Source of the DNA: Gammaproteobacteria bacterium
Lineage (GTDB): Bacteria; Pseudomonadota; Gammaproteobacteria; Ga0077536
Reading direction: 5' to 3'
Assembly (NCBI GenBank): GCA_021773835.1
Contig: JAJFJQ010000035.1
Span: 109,781-173,780, forward strand
DNA: 64,000 nucleotides
The translations under genes were made by a program, and so were the position numbers. This document shows, piece by piece, positions 11,326 to 21,685 of the stretch; positions within the stretch are counted from its first letter, which is position 1, and every line of letters starts with the position of its first letter. The notes below the pieces were generated by a model, which saw only the letters and a program-made list of their open reading frames with translations, was not told where the DNA came from and searched no databases.

Positions 11326-11499
11326 TTAAAACGGCCGTGCGTCCCAATTTATAGGAAAAATAGTTCGACTGGTCGTCGAATTAGTGCCCTAGTCCTGCCG
11401 ACTTTGCCGACAAGCCTTCGTGCGTGTGTTTCACGCTAAGCCATTGTTTGTGGTAGTATCGCCACCAAATTCGCCTTGCTCAGGGGGAAGCGGGGAACC

Positions 11500-12411
11500 A
11501 TGATAAAACAGCGTACGCTGAAAAACGTCATCCGTGCCACGGGGGTTGGGCTTCACACCGGCAAAAAGGTGTTCTTGACGCTTCGACCTGCCCCGCCGGA
11601 TACCGGAATTGTGTTTCGTCGAACCGATTTGGATCCGCCAGTGGAGATCCCTGCACGAGCAGAATTCGTCGGTGACACGAGCCTATCTACGAGTCTGTCT
11701 CGAGACGGGAATCGGATAGCAACCGTCGAGCACCTATTGTCAGCATTCGCCGGCTTGGGCATCGATAATGCATGCGTTGACGTAAGTTCATCCGAAGTTC
11801 CAATAATGGACGGCAGTGCCGGACCGTTCGTGTTTCTTATTCAATCGGCCGGTTTTGAGGAACAGGCAGCGGCAAAACGCTTTATCCGAATCAAGCGGGC
11901 GCTCGAAGTTGAGGACGGGGACAAGCATGCGCGCTTCGAACCGTTCGACGGATTCAAGGTGTCGTTTGCGATCGAGTTCGACCATCCGTTTTTTCAACAA
12001 AGTAGCAAACACGCTGAAATCGATTTTTCTACGACCTCTTTTGTGAAAGAGGTCTCTCGCGCACGCACGTTCGGATTTATGCGCGATGTAGAACTACTGC
12101 GAGAGAGAAACCTTGCACTCGGTGGCAGTTTAGATAACGCGGTTGTCGTGGATGATTATCGCGTCCTCAATGAGGACGGGTTGCGTTACGAAGACGAATT
12201 CGTCAAACACAAAATACTTGATGCAATTGGGGATTTGTATTTGCTGGGTAACAGTCTGATCGGGTCGTTTCACGGACACAAGTCAGGTCACGAGTTAAAT
12301 AATCGACTACTTCGAGAGTTACTGGCGAACAAAGCTGCCTGGGAATTGGTGTCATTCGAAAGCGAGGAACTTGCCCCGATTTCGTTTATGCAACCAATGC
12401 CGGCGCATTAG
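11500..12411 (+). CDS. lpxC: UDP-3-O-acyl-N-acetylglucosamine deacetylase LpxC
   Basis: ORF 11476..12411. ATG at 11500 gives [24 protein letters not shown]..., nearly identical to the E. coli LpxC N-terminus. Conserved HKxLDAIGDL block. Confidence 0.94.
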   Translation: MIKQRTLKNVIRATGVGLHTGKKVFLTLRPAPPDTGIVFRRTDLDPPVEIPARAEFVGDTSLSTSLSRDGNRIATVEHLLSAFAGLGIDNACVDVSSSEVPIMDGSAGPFVFLIQSAGFEEQAAAKRFIRIKRALEVEDGDKHARFEPFDGFKVSFAIEFDHPFFQQSSKHAEIDFSTTSFVKEVSRARTFGFMRDVELLRERNLALGGSLDNAVVVDDYRVLNEDGLRYEDEFVKHKILDAIGDLYLLGNSLIGSFHGHKSGHELNNRLLRELLANKAAWELVSFESEELAPISFMQPMPAH

Positions 12412-12457
12412 GGTAGGGGCGACTGTCGTAGGGCCCGGAGCTATCCAATGCGCGACT

Positions 12458-12901
12458 CTACCCACCGCGTCTCTTCGCCAATCGTAGCAATGCATCCTTC
12501 AAGGCGGGATCATCGACAGACAAGGCCCGGCGTTGTAACTCTGAGGCTGCCGGGGCGCTTATAGGTAGGGCCTTGCGGGGTAGGGGTTGCTGCTGTGCAG
12601 AAGACGATTTCGTTACCTTTACACGGATCGTCCGGATCTCGGAGAAATCCGAGATTTTCGCCATTTGCCTATGTAAATCGGGTACTTGGTAGCGCATCTT
12701 CGCGGCCCAAGCGGACGAATCCGCGGTTAATACGACCGTATCGCCGCGGATGACAGCTAGCTGTATGTGGCTGCGTAGCGGCTCTGCAAGGAGGCTTTTG
12801 ACGCGCATTGAGGCACTATGGTGCCCCGCAGCGTGACGGAATAGTTTCCGTAGAGTTGGGTTATGGGTGACAATGGCATTCAGTTTCGTGGGGGACGACA
12901 T
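12458..12901 (-). CDS. DUF721-family protein (DciA-like), opposite strand between lpxC and secA
   Basis: 147 aa basic protein in the position where gammaproteobacteria carry a DUF721/DciA-type gene, between lpxC and the M23-peptidase/secA pair. The family call is from memory of that synteny, not from a strong motif. Confidence 0.5.
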   Translation of the reverse strand: MSSPTKLNAIVTHNPTLRKLFRHAAGHHSASMRVKSLLAEPLRSHIQLAVIRGDTVVLTADSSAWAAKMRYQVPDLHRQMAKISDFSEIRTIRVKVTKSSSAQQQPLPRKALPISAPAASELQRRALSVDDPALKDALLRLAKRRGG

Positions 12902-12969
12902 CTAAGCTGCTCTAAACCATTGGGGTTGATCTTAACCCTAAGGGTACGCGTGCGGTATCACTAAAGACG

Positions 12970-13908
12970 ATGGAACTCGTATTAATTTCAAAATCGAGGG
13001 GCGCGTTGGGCCGGGTCCGGATACGCTATACCGTCATTGGTGTTGCTTTAATCGCAATCACAGCTGGGGCTTGTGCCGTTACGTACTGGGGATTCCGGTA
13101 TGGCCAGCAATCGATGGTCAACGCGATGACCACGGATCCAGAATTCGCCACATCGCTCCTTCAAGCGGAAGTCATCTCGCAACGTAAGCTAATCACGGAT
13201 ATTCGCCGCGACGCACAATCGAACTTAAGCACGCTCGCGATCCGCGCGGGCGCATTGCAGGCCCATGTAACGCGCTTGGACGCGTTGGCCGAGCGGCTCG
13301 TGTCGGTTGCGGATCTCGACCCAGCGGAATTCGGATTGTCCGGCGCGCCTGCTGTCGGCGGCCCCGCTCCTGATAATCTAATTACGCCCAAGTGGGATTT
13401 GTTACTCGCGAATCTCGAACTCTTGGATACTGACCTAGCCTTGCGCGAGGATCGACTCGATGCATTGGAGGCGCTGATCTTTGATCGCCAATTGCACGAA
13501 GAAATGCATCCCGATGGGCAACCTATCGACGATGGCTGGATATCTTCTGGGTTCGGTTACCGCACCCATCCGGTAACTGGCCTTCAAGAGTTCCACAGCG
13601 GGGTCGATTTTGCCGGCAAGGCCGGGCTTGACGTACGCTCGGTCGGCGCCGGTATCGTAACCTGGTCAGGAAAGCGTTGGGGTTATGGCAACATGGTGGA
13701 AATAAACCACGGCAATGGATATGTCACCCGCTATGCTCACAACAAAAAGAACCTGGTCGATATTGGAGATCGTGCGAATAAAGATCAGGTCATAGCGCTA
13801 CTTGGTTCTACTGGACGTTCCACCGGTCCTCATGTCCACTTCGAAGTTTTGCACAACGGAAAAGTCGTTAATCCCAGGAAATTCATCAGCCAAGCTGCTT
13901 CACGCTGA
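12970..13908 (+). CDS. M23-family metallopeptidase (EnvC/NlpD-like) with N-terminal TM and coiled-coil
   Basis: C-terminal M23 motifs HSGVDFAG...GNMVEINHGNGYVTRYAHN...GSTGRSTGPHVHFEV. The N-terminal region is helical and Leu/Ala-rich. Confidence 0.85.
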   Translation: MELVLISKSRGALGRVRIRYTVIGVALIAITAGACAVTYWGFRYGQQSMVNAMTTDPEFATSLLQAEVISQRKLITDIRRDAQSNLSTLAIRAGALQAHVTRLDALAERLVSVADLDPAEFGLSGAPAVGGPAPDNLITPKWDLLLANLELLDTDLALREDRLDALEALIFDRQLHEEMHPDGQPIDDGWISSGFGYRTHPVTGLQEFHSGVDFAGKAGLDVRSVGAGIVTWSGKRWGYGNMVEINHGNGYVTRYAHNKKNLVDIGDRANKDQVIALLGSTGRSTGPHVHFEVLHNGKVVNPRKFISQAASR

Positions 13909-14142
13909 CATTACCGCCATTGATTCCCGGCCTCTGCGCCCCAATTTGATACAATGGTGCCAATCCCGACCCCGATATGGGTGGCCCCCAACGCACTCAA
14001 TCCGGTGGACGAATTTACCCAACTATCCATCGCGCTACCGGTTGTAATATGCCGCCAATGAAAACAGTTAAACGAATCTACCGAATCTGGTATTGGCCCC
14101 CGGCGGGCGCAGACCTATAGCCAGGTTCAAGTTGAGACCTTT

Positions 14143-16890
14143 ATGAGCGCCAATCCACTCAAATTACCACAGCGGCTAGTTCGTTCCGTATTCGGAACAC
14201 GCAACGATCGTTTTCTAAAAAGGTTGGGAAAAGCGGTTAACGCGATCAACGCGTTTGAAGCGGAGTTCGAGGCGTTTTCAGACGAGCGTCTGGCACTAAA
14301 AACTCAGGAGTTTAGAACTCGTTTAAACGCAGGTGAGACTCTTGATGATCTCTTGCCCGAGGCGTTTGCGGTGGTTCGAGAAGCGGGTAAGCGAACCTTG
14401 GACATGCGTCATTTCGACGTCCAAATGCTGGGCGGAATGGTGCTGCATCAAGGAAAGATTGCCGAGATGAGGACCGGCGAAGGCAAAACGCTTGTTGCAA
14501 CGCTCGCGGCCTACTTAAACGCCCTACCGGGGCGTGGCGTTCACGTGATAACGGTAAACGATTATTTAGCAAAACGTGACGCTGAATGGATGGGCAAGCT
14601 GTATAAATTTCTCGACCTTACAGTGGGCGTAGTACTGTCCGGATTAGACCCATCGGAGCGCAAGGCGGCCTATGCAGCGGACATAACCTATGGCACAAAT
14701 AACGAATTCGGGTTCGACTATCTGCGCGACAATATGGCTTTTACGCAGGAGCAGCGGGTTCAACGAGAGCTCGTCTACGCGGTCGTTGATGAAGTGGATT
14801 CGATTCTGATCGACGAAGCCCGTACGCCCCTCATAATTTCGGGTCCGACAGATGACCGTAGCGATTTATACGTCAAAATCAATAAAGTCGTCCCGAAATT
14901 GACGCGACAGATCAACCAAGGAAATGAAGACGAGGGAGAAACGGAAGGGGATGGGGATTATTCGGTTGACGAAAAATCGCGTCAGGTTTCTCTAACTGAG
15001 GCGGGCCACGAGAAAGTTGAGAGATTATTAACCGAGATCGGGCTCCTAGCCGACGGCGATAGCTTATACAGCGCGGGGAACATCTCTCTAATGCATCATG
15101 TCAGCGCTGCATTGAAAGCCCATGCGCTGTTTCAGCGCGATGTCGATTATGTCGTATCCGATGGGGAAATCCTGATTGTCGATGAGTTTACCGGGAGAAC
15201 GATGCCCGGCCGGCGCTGGTCTGAAGGCTTGCATCAGGCAGTTGAGGCAAAGGAGTTGGTTTCGATACAGCAAGAAACGCAAACCTTAGCGTCGATCACG
15301 TATCAAAATTACTTTCGCTTGTACGAAAAACTTTCAGGAATGACCGGCACCGCGGATACAGAGGCCTACGAGTTTCAACAAATCTACGGTCTCGAAGTGG
15401 TGGTGGTTCCTACCCACATGAATATGGTGCGTGAAGATCTCGGTGATGTAATATTTCTCACTGCAAAAGAAAAATACGTCGCAATTATCGACGACATTCG
15501 AGAGTGTATCGAATCAGGCCAACCGGTTTTGGTCGGAACGGCGTCGATTGAAAGTTCGGAGTATCTATCGAACTTACTCGATAAGGAGAAAATAAAGCAC
15601 CAGGTCTTGAACGCTAAGTTCCACGAGGGAGAAGCACAGATCATCGCCCAGGCCGGACGTCCGGGAACGGTGACCGTCGCCACCAACATGGCCGGTCGCG
15701 GGACTGATATCGTGCTTGGCGGCGGCCTCGAAGCAGAACTCTCGGCGATTGACGGTGCCGATCCTGAGACAATTTCCCAGATGAAGGCGGATTGGCAAAA
15801 CCGGCACGACGCGGTTGTGGCGTCAGGCGGACTCCATATCATCGGTACCGAACGGCACGAATCGAGGCGCATCGACAACCAGCTTCGAGGTCGGGCGGGC
15901 CGACAAGGAGACGCCGGTTCGAGTCGATTTTACCTGTCGCTCGAAGATAACCTTATGCGCATATTCGCATCCGAGCGAGTAGCCACGTTGATGCAGAAGT
16001 TGGGCATGGAGGAGGGTGAGGCGATTGAACATCCATGGGTATCAAAGGCGATTGAGAATGCGCAAAGAAAAGTAGAAGGTCGCAACTTCGACATTCGCAA
16101 ACAATTGTTGGAGTTCGACGACGTCGCTAACGATCAACGTAAGCACGTGTATGAACAGCGACGAGAGTTGATGGAAGCGGATGACGTCTCGGAGAATATC
16201 AAAGGGATCCGCCACGACGTCGTCAACGAATTTGTCGATACGTATATTCCGCCACAAAGCTTCGATGAGAAATGGGACGTTGACGGTCTCGCGTACGCTC
16301 TTAAGCAGGAATACGGTCAAACTTTTGAAGTTGCCTCATGGCTGGAAAGTGACGACAACTTAGACGAGGAAGGCTTGCGCGTACGAATTTTGGGCGCGAT
16401 TGAAGAGGCGTATAGCGAGAAGGAAGAACTAGTCGGCGCGGAAGTTCTGCGACAGTTTGAAAAGGCCATCATGTTGCAAATTCTGGATTCCCATTGGAAG
16501 GAGCACCTAGCGTCAATGGACTATCTACGGCAAGGCATTCATCTTCGTGGATTCGCCCAGAAGAACCCGAAGCAGGAGTATAAGCGCGAGGCGTTTGAAA
16601 TGTTTGCCCGGATGCTCCAGCAGATTATGAGCGAAGTCATCGGCGTTTTATCGAAAGTTGAAATTCGGGCTCGCGATGACGTCGAAGCAGTCGAAGAGCA
16701 ACGTCCAGATCCGGCAGCAATGCAATATCAACACCAATCGCCGCAGAACGCACTTGCCGCCGACGATCCAAAACCTGCGGCGCCGCAAAAGTCTCCCTAT
16801 GTCAGAAAAGAAAAGAAAGTAGGTCGTAACGATCCCTGTCCATGTGGATCCGGTAAGAAATATAAGCAGTGTCACGGGAAGCTCAACTAA
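14143..16890 (+). CDS. secA: Preprotein translocase ATPase SecA
   Basis: 915 aa, colinear with E. coli SecA ([49 protein letters not shown]-terminal zinc finger [19 protein letters not shown]). Confidence 0.97.
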   Translation: MSANPLKLPQRLVRSVFGTRNDRFLKRLGKAVNAINAFEAEFEAFSDERLALKTQEFRTRLNAGETLDDLLPEAFAVVREAGKRTLDMRHFDVQMLGGMVLHQGKIAEMRTGEGKTLVATLAAYLNALPGRGVHVITVNDYLAKRDAEWMGKLYKFLDLTVGVVLSGLDPSERKAAYAADITYGTNNEFGFDYLRDNMAFTQEQRVQRELVYAVVDEVDSILIDEARTPLIISGPTDDRSDLYVKINKVVPKLTRQINQGNEDEGETEGDGDYSVDEKSRQVSLTEAGHEKVERLLTEIGLLADGDSLYSAGNISLMHHVSAALKAHALFQRDVDYVVSDGEILIVDEFTGRTMPGRRWSEGLHQAVEAKELVSIQQETQTLASITYQNYFRLYEKLSGMTGTADTEAYEFQQIYGLEVVVVPTHMNMVREDLGDVIFLTAKEKYVAIIDDIRECIESGQPVLVGTASIESSEYLSNLLDKEKIKHQVLNAKFHEGEAQIIAQAGRPGTVTVATNMAGRGTDIVLGGGLEAELSAIDGADPETISQMKADWQNRHDAVVASGGLHIIGTERHESRRIDNQLRGRAGRQGDAGSSRFYLSLEDNLMRIFASERVATLMQKLGMEEGEAIEHPWVSKAIENAQRKVEGRNFDIRKQLLEFDDVANDQRKHVYEQRRELMEADDVSENIKGIRHDVVNEFVDTYIPPQSFDEKWDVDGLAYALKQEYGQTFEVASWLESDDNLDEEGLRVRILGAIEEAYSEKEELVGAEVLRQFEKAIMLQILDSHWKEHLASMDYLRQGIHLRGFAQKNPKQEYKREAFEMFARMLQQIMSEVIGVLSKVEIRARDDVEAVEEQRPDPAAMQYQHQSPQNALAADDPKPAAPQKSPYVRKEKKVGRNDPCPCGSGKKYKQCHGKLN

Positions 16891-16905
16891 AGTAGGTCAC
16901 CAAGC

Positions 16906-18123
16906 GTGAAATTCGAATTTGTCGAATTTGACAAGCCACTAATTATCGAAGGCGTACGCATGTCTGCCGCCAGTGCCGGCATCCGGAGCCGATCACGAAA
17001 CGATGTGGCCCTTGTCGAACTTAGTCCTACGGTGCAGACCGTCGCGGTGTTCACCCAGAATAAGTTCTGTGCAGCGCCAGTAATTATTGCGCGTGAAAAT
17101 ATTGCTTCGGCGAGTCCGCAATTCTTAGTTTTCAATTCCGGAAATGCAAATGCTGGGACCGGTACCGTGGGTATCGCGGACGCTCGAAACGTTATTGGTG
17201 AACTCGCAAAGCTTAAAGGCTGCTCGCCTGAGCAAGTTTTGCCGTTTTCTACGGGCGTCATTGGCGAACGGTTGGATTACGAGAAGATCGTCAAGGTGTT
17301 GCCAGAATTGATTGAGTCGCTAGCGCCTGACAAATGGGACGAAGCGGCGAAAGCAATTATGACGACTGATTTAGTCGCCAAGTATTTTTCCCTTGAGCTG
17401 AATATTGATGGTGAGCGTTACCATGTCTCGGGTATCGCGAAGGGATCGGGGATGATCCATCCGAATATGGCGACGATGCTCGCTTTCATAGCGACCGACG
17501 CGAATATCAACCAAACGCATCTACAGTCGATACTGGAAGATTGCGTGAATCGCTCGTTTAACCGAATTTCCGTCGACGGTGATACTTCAACCAACGATGC
17601 CTGCGTATTAAGCGCAACAGGAATTGCAGCAAACGGGGCACAACTTACACCTTCGCACCCTCATTGGCCCCCTGTCGTCCAGGCTATTAGCAAAGTATTC
17701 GAGTCGCTCGCAAAAGCGATTGTGAAGGACGGCGAGGGCGCGACGAAATTCGTTGAAATTGTCGTCGAAAGTGCGTGCGAGGAAGATAGCCTTGCGATTG
17801 CGACAACCGTCGCGCAATCACCACTGGTGAAAACAGCATTATTTGCGAGTGATCCCAATTGGGGCAGAATACTTGCGGCGATTGGACGGGCACCCGTTAC
17901 CGAAATGAGCGTACACGACGTATCGTTTTGGCTTAACGACTATCAAATCGTTAAAAATGGGGAACCGTTGGAAACCTACGAGGAAGCGCGAGCGGCTGAG
18001 ATAATGGCACAGGCAGAGATTAGATTGCGGATTTCAGTCGGTCGGGGTGAAGCGGCCGCCCGCCTGTGGACTTGTGATTTATCTTACGACTATGTCCGCA
18101 TCAACGCGGAATACCGCTCGTAG
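16906..18123 (+). CDS. argJ: Bifunctional glutamate N-acetyltransferase / amino-acid acetyltransferase ArgJ
   Basis: 405 aa with a GTG start. Colinear with Pseudomonas ArgJ (ATMLAFIATDA autoprocessing site, TDLSYDYVRINAEYRS C-terminus). Confidence 0.9.
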   Translation: MKFEFVEFDKPLIIEGVRMSAASAGIRSRSRNDVALVELSPTVQTVAVFTQNKFCAAPVIIARENIASASPQFLVFNSGNANAGTGTVGIADARNVIGELAKLKGCSPEQVLPFSTGVIGERLDYEKIVKVLPELIESLAPDKWDEAAKAIMTTDLVAKYFSLELNIDGERYHVSGIAKGSGMIHPNMATMLAFIATDANINQTHLQSILEDCVNRSFNRISVDGDTSTNDACVLSATGIAANGAQLTPSHPHWPPVVQAISKVFESLAKAIVKDGEGATKFVEIVVESACEEDSLAIATTVAQSPLVKTALFASDPNWGRILAAIGRAPVTEMSVHDVSFWLNDYQIVKNGEPLETYEEARAAEIMAQAEIRLRISVGRGEAAARLWTCDLSYDYVRINAEYRS

Positions 18124-18160
18124 GGCAATTAACTAACGCCACATTCTAGGATCTTAATTT

Positions 18161-19147
18161 GTGGCGCGGAATAATGCGATACAAGTTGTTGCCGGTTTAA
18201 TCCGGCGTCGAGACGGCAAAATACTGATCTGCTTGCGGCCAAAGCATCTTGATCAAGGGGGTCTATGGGAGTTCCCCGGCGGTAAACGCGAAGATGGCGA
18301 GGGCCGCTTCGACGCTCTCCGCCGAGAATTGCACGAAGAGTTAGGTATCGAGATCAGATCTGCCGTACCGTTGCTGCGATTGACTCATCGCTACCCAACT
18401 AAATCAATCGATCTTGATGTGTGGGAGGTTACCGCTTGGCAAGGTTCTGCATTCGGACGTGAAGGACAGAAAGTCGAGTGGGTTGCGCCGTCGCAGCTAG
18501 ACCACTATGCATTCCCCTCAGCCAACAAAGCGATTATTACGGCTGCAAGGTTGCCGCGGGTTGTAGTCACCCTGCCTGACTTGGCACGATCGCTAGCAGC
18601 ACTCGACGCATGGCTAAATGCCGGCGCGCGCTGCTTTCTTCTTTCTAGTCAACACCTTAAAAAGAATCTAGATGATCCCAATTTGACTCAAGTTGGGCAG
18701 CACATAAGTCGATCCGACGCTACGCTCGTAGTAGATCTGCCACCGGAGACCGCTACCGAGTTCGTATCTGGGGAAAGACTTGAATGTTTAAGGCGTCAAA
18801 TCGATTGCGACCTGTTAGTCGCATACGCGTGCCATACCCCGGCTCAACTAGAGCGTGCCCAGAAGGCTGGTGCAGACATGTTGCTGGTTGGTCCAATTCT
18901 GTCGACTGATTTCGAAGCGGGCGAGGGCGCGATTGGGTGGAGCGAAACGCTGAGGCTCGTGGCGAAGACCGTGATCCCGACGTTCGCGTTCGGCCAATTG
19001 GAGCCGGAAGATTCGGCCCATGCAATTCTGTCAGGGTGTCAAGGGGTCGTACTGCCGGCCAACGCTTGGTCCACTGATCCGATCTCAGTGCTGAAGACAG
19101 CGGCAGACGCCATGTCCAGGACGGAAGTAGCGGACGATTGCGGTTAA
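18161..19147 (+). CDS. mutT: Nudix hydrolase (MutT-like) fused to a TenI/ThiE-like C-terminal domain
   Basis: N-terminal Nudix box (GGKREDGEGRFDALRRELHEELGIEI). C-terminal ACHTPAQLERAQKAGADMLLVGPILST resembles the thiamine-phosphate synthase/TenI fold. This is the same architecture as Pseudomonas PA4400. GTG start. Confidence 0.8.
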   Translation: MARNNAIQVVAGLIRRRDGKILICLRPKHLDQGGLWEFPGGKREDGEGRFDALRRELHEELGIEIRSAVPLLRLTHRYPTKSIDLDVWEVTAWQGSAFGREGQKVEWVAPSQLDHYAFPSANKAIITAARLPRVVVTLPDLARSLAALDAWLNAGARCFLLSSQHLKKNLDDPNLTQVGQHISRSDATLVVDLPPETATEFVSGERLECLRRQIDCDLLVAYACHTPAQLERAQKAGADMLLVGPILSTDFEAGEGAIGWSETLRLVAKTVIPTFAFGQLEPEDSAHAILSGCQGVVLPANAWSTDPISVLKTAADAMSRTEVADDCG

Positions 19148-19959
19148 ATTCCGCAACACTGTAGCTCGAAGGAGAGTGATTCGCGCGCCTGCGTCGGCCG
19201 CCCTATCGTTTCCGGTTGTCGAAAGAATCGTATGACGAATCGATGTTTGCCACCGCTGATTTCTGGAAATACCCCGAGATTGTCGGCAACAGAGAGGCGG
19301 ATTAGTTGGCATTGCAGCGCGGGATCGAGTTGCTGCTGGAAAAGACCGTCCTCGACCATGACGGCACGTGGTGCTGAGCTTTGGCGCAACAGTTTTAATA
19401 CTTGTCCGACAGCCTGGTCGACGACCAAAAGGTCAGCGATCCAATGCTCGAACTGGTCTGTACGAGCATCTGGAGATTTCGACAGCCAGTGATGAAAGGC
19501 AGGAAGGTCAAAATTGCACGTACCTCCTGGAATTGAAATTCGCTGCTTTACCTGATTTATCAGCTCGTCTTTGCGAATATTTGCACCCGGGTGGCAGTTG
19601 CTCGACTTTAATTGGCCCACCAGTGGGCGAACCGTAGCAAGGACGTCCTCGAGCGTCTCTTGGTCTACTTCCGGATTGTTCTTTAGTCCAGAAATTTTAG
19701 ACAAATGCCGCTCAAGCTCCTTGATCAACTCCCCTTTTATATCCGTTCGGGTAAGCAGATCGCTTACTTCTAACATGCCGATGATTGCAGCTCGCGCATG
19801 CCACTGTGTGTCGCCCTTGCGGCCATCTTGAATGGCGGCAAACAAATGCTCGAGGCGCAGGCAGCTCCGCATCCGTTCATTTAGCGGTTGCTCGTAATCC
19901 GTGAAAGTTTCGACCTCCGGAAATAGCGTGCTTTGCTGTCCGATTTCGGTACCTTGCAT
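19144..19959 (-). CDS. zapD: Cell division protein ZapD (YacF)
   Basis: 271 aa, alignable to E. coli ZapD along its length (PLNERMR, RISIPGGTCNFDLP, ISGGKHRFVIRF, FELQCC). The 3' end overlaps the convergent nudix gene by 4 nt. Confidence 0.85.
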   Translation of the reverse strand: MQGTEIGQQSTLFPEVETFTDYEQPLNERMRSCLRLEHLFAAIQDGRKGDTQWHARAAIIGMLEVSDLLTRTDIKGELIKELERHLSKISGLKNNPEVDQETLEDVLATVRPLVGQLKSSNCHPGANIRKDELINQVKQRISIPGGTCNFDLPAFHHWLSKSPDARTDQFEHWIADLLVVDQAVGQVLKLLRQSSAPRAVMVEDGLFQQQLDPALQCQLIRLSVADNLGVFPEISGGKHRFVIRFFRQPETIGRPTQARESLSFELQCCGI

Positions 19960-19960
19960 C

Positions 19961-20581
19961 CTAAAGCTGCTCTTGTTTGGATCGCTCTGCCATAGCCAAA
20001 TATTTCGTGTGAAGTACCCGAACCGGCGTTTCTAGCGCCTCAATTTCACCGGCGTTTTCGATTATGTCATCCGCAACTCGCAATCGGTCATCGCGCGTCG
20101 CTTGACTTTGCATAATTGCTTCGACCTGTCCTCGTGTCAAATCATCTCGGTCCATTACGCGAAGAATTTGAATTTCTATAGGGCAGTCGACGACTAGGAT
20201 CCGATCCACATTTTGGTAGCCGCCTTTTTCGACTAGTAGCGGCACACAGAGGATACAGTAAGGTGAGTCCAGTTCTGCCAGCTGAATGTCAATACTTTCG
20301 CGGATCTTGGGATGGAGAATGCCTTCCAATGTAGCTCGCTTAGTGTCATCCGCGAAAATTACTTGCCGTAGTTTCGCTCTGTCGATGTCTCCGGAACTTA
20401 GAATCTCTTCGCCAAAGGATTCAACGACTGCGGCAAATCCACTAGAGCCGGGTGCGACCACCTCTCGCGCTACAATGTCGGCGTCGACTACTGGTACCGC
20501 GTAACGTTCAAATTCTCGGCAAACTGCTGACTTTCCAGATCCGATCCCGCCGGTCAACCCGACGACCAACTGACTGCTCAC
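19961..20581 (-). CDS. coaE: Dephospho-CoA kinase CoaE
   Basis: 206 aa with the VVGLTGGIGSGKS P-loop at the N-terminus. Start overlaps the pilD stop, as in the Pseudomonas pilD-coaE arrangement. Confidence 0.92.
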   Translation of the reverse strand: MSSQLVVGLTGGIGSGKSAVCREFERYAVPVVDADIVAREVVAPGSSGFAAVVESFGEEILSSGDIDRAKLRQVIFADDTKRATLEGILHPKIRESIDIQLAELDSPYCILCVPLLVEKGGYQNVDRILVVDCPIEIQILRVMDRDDLTRGQVEAIMQSQATRDDRLRVADDIIENAGEIEALETPVRVLHTKYLAMAERSKQEQL

Positions 20582-21447
20582 AACTGACTTGCGCCATTAA
20601 GGTACTGCGCCGTAATTTCGTCGCCCCACAGCAGCGCGATCCATCCCGCAATGGCAAGATATGGCCCAAATGGAATCGGTTTTGATTTGTCGTGTGACAA
20701 GAACAACATTAAGCCGATTCCGACGCAAGCACCAACTATGGAAGAGACGATAATCACGATGGGTAGAATTTGCCAGCCCAGCCAGGCTCCGAGTAGTGCG
20801 AGAAGTTTGAAGTCACCGTAGCCCATCCCATCTTTGCCGGTTGCAAATTTGAATCCCCAGAAAACTACCCACAGCGACACATATCCAAATACGGCGCCTA
20901 ATACCGCTTCCTCTAAGGTGACAAAGACATTGAAGTAGTTCACAACGATGCCCGCCCACAACATCGGCAACGTAATAGAGTCTGGCAATAATTGCGTATC
21001 GAAATCGATCATGGCAAGTGAGATCAGCGCCCATGACAGCGCAACAGCGCAAATGGCCGCTGGGCTGAAACCAAAGTGGCTTGCAACAACCACAGCGACG
21101 GCACCGCTGATAAGCTCAATTAACGGATAACGGATTGAAATGCGCGTGTGACATCCGCTGCATTTGCCGCGAAGCATCACATAACTCAGGATCGGGACGT
21201 TCTCAAGTGCTGAGATTTGATGATCGCAATTGGGACAACGCGAGCGCGGCGTCATCAGATTAAACGCCTCCGGTGGTGGCTCAGGGAGGCTTTGATCCAG
21301 CAGCATGGCACATTCGCTGCGCCATTCGCGCTCCATCATTAGCGGGAGTCGATGGATCACGACGTTCAAAAAACTTCCTACCATGAGCCCAACAATACCG
21401 GCGCTGACGATGAATAGCGTGGGGGAGGATTGGAGAAGTTCGATCAC
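20578..21447 (-). CDS. pilD: Type IV prepilin leader peptidase / N-methyltransferase PilD (A24 family)
   Basis: 289 aa polytopic protein with the cytoplasmic tetracysteine CPNCDHQ...CSGCHTRI and the conserved catalytic Asp region of A24 peptidases. Confidence 0.92.
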   Translation of the reverse strand: MIELLQSSPTLFIVSAGIVGLMVGSFLNVVIHRLPLMMEREWRSECAMLLDQSLPEPPPEAFNLMTPRSRCPNCDHQISALENVPILSYVMLRGKCSGCHTRISIRYPLIELISGAVAVVVASHFGFSPAAICAVALSWALISLAMIDFDTQLLPDSITLPMLWAGIVVNYFNVFVTLEEAVLGAVFGYVSLWVVFWGFKFATGKDGMGYGDFKLLALLGAWLGWQILPIVIIVSSIVGACVGIGLMLFLSHDKSKPIPFGPYLAIAGWIALLWGDEITAQYLNGASQL

Positions 21448-21685
21448 CTAATTCGTCCGTTCGCGATGTGACATTAATTGATGCGTTGGCTCGTCGCTGA
21501 TGCGTGGAACTCAGTTGCGGCACGTACACCGTTCGAAGATCAGTAGTGGGTAATGCAGTCCAGATTCAGTGGGTCTCTCCACCACCCATTGGATTTATGG
21601 TGCTCATTGGGGGTTCCTGGAGCCGGCGCCGGTACAATTTACTTTTGGTGCCGACTAACGCGGCCACTGAAAGAACGTTTATGGT

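Noticed and set aside
13909-14142. Looked for a secM-like leader ORF or attenuator upstream of secA.
   Set aside because: There is no ORF with a SecM-type arrest motif and no convincing hairpin. The ORF 13802..14047 overlaps the M23 gene end and is compositionally odd.
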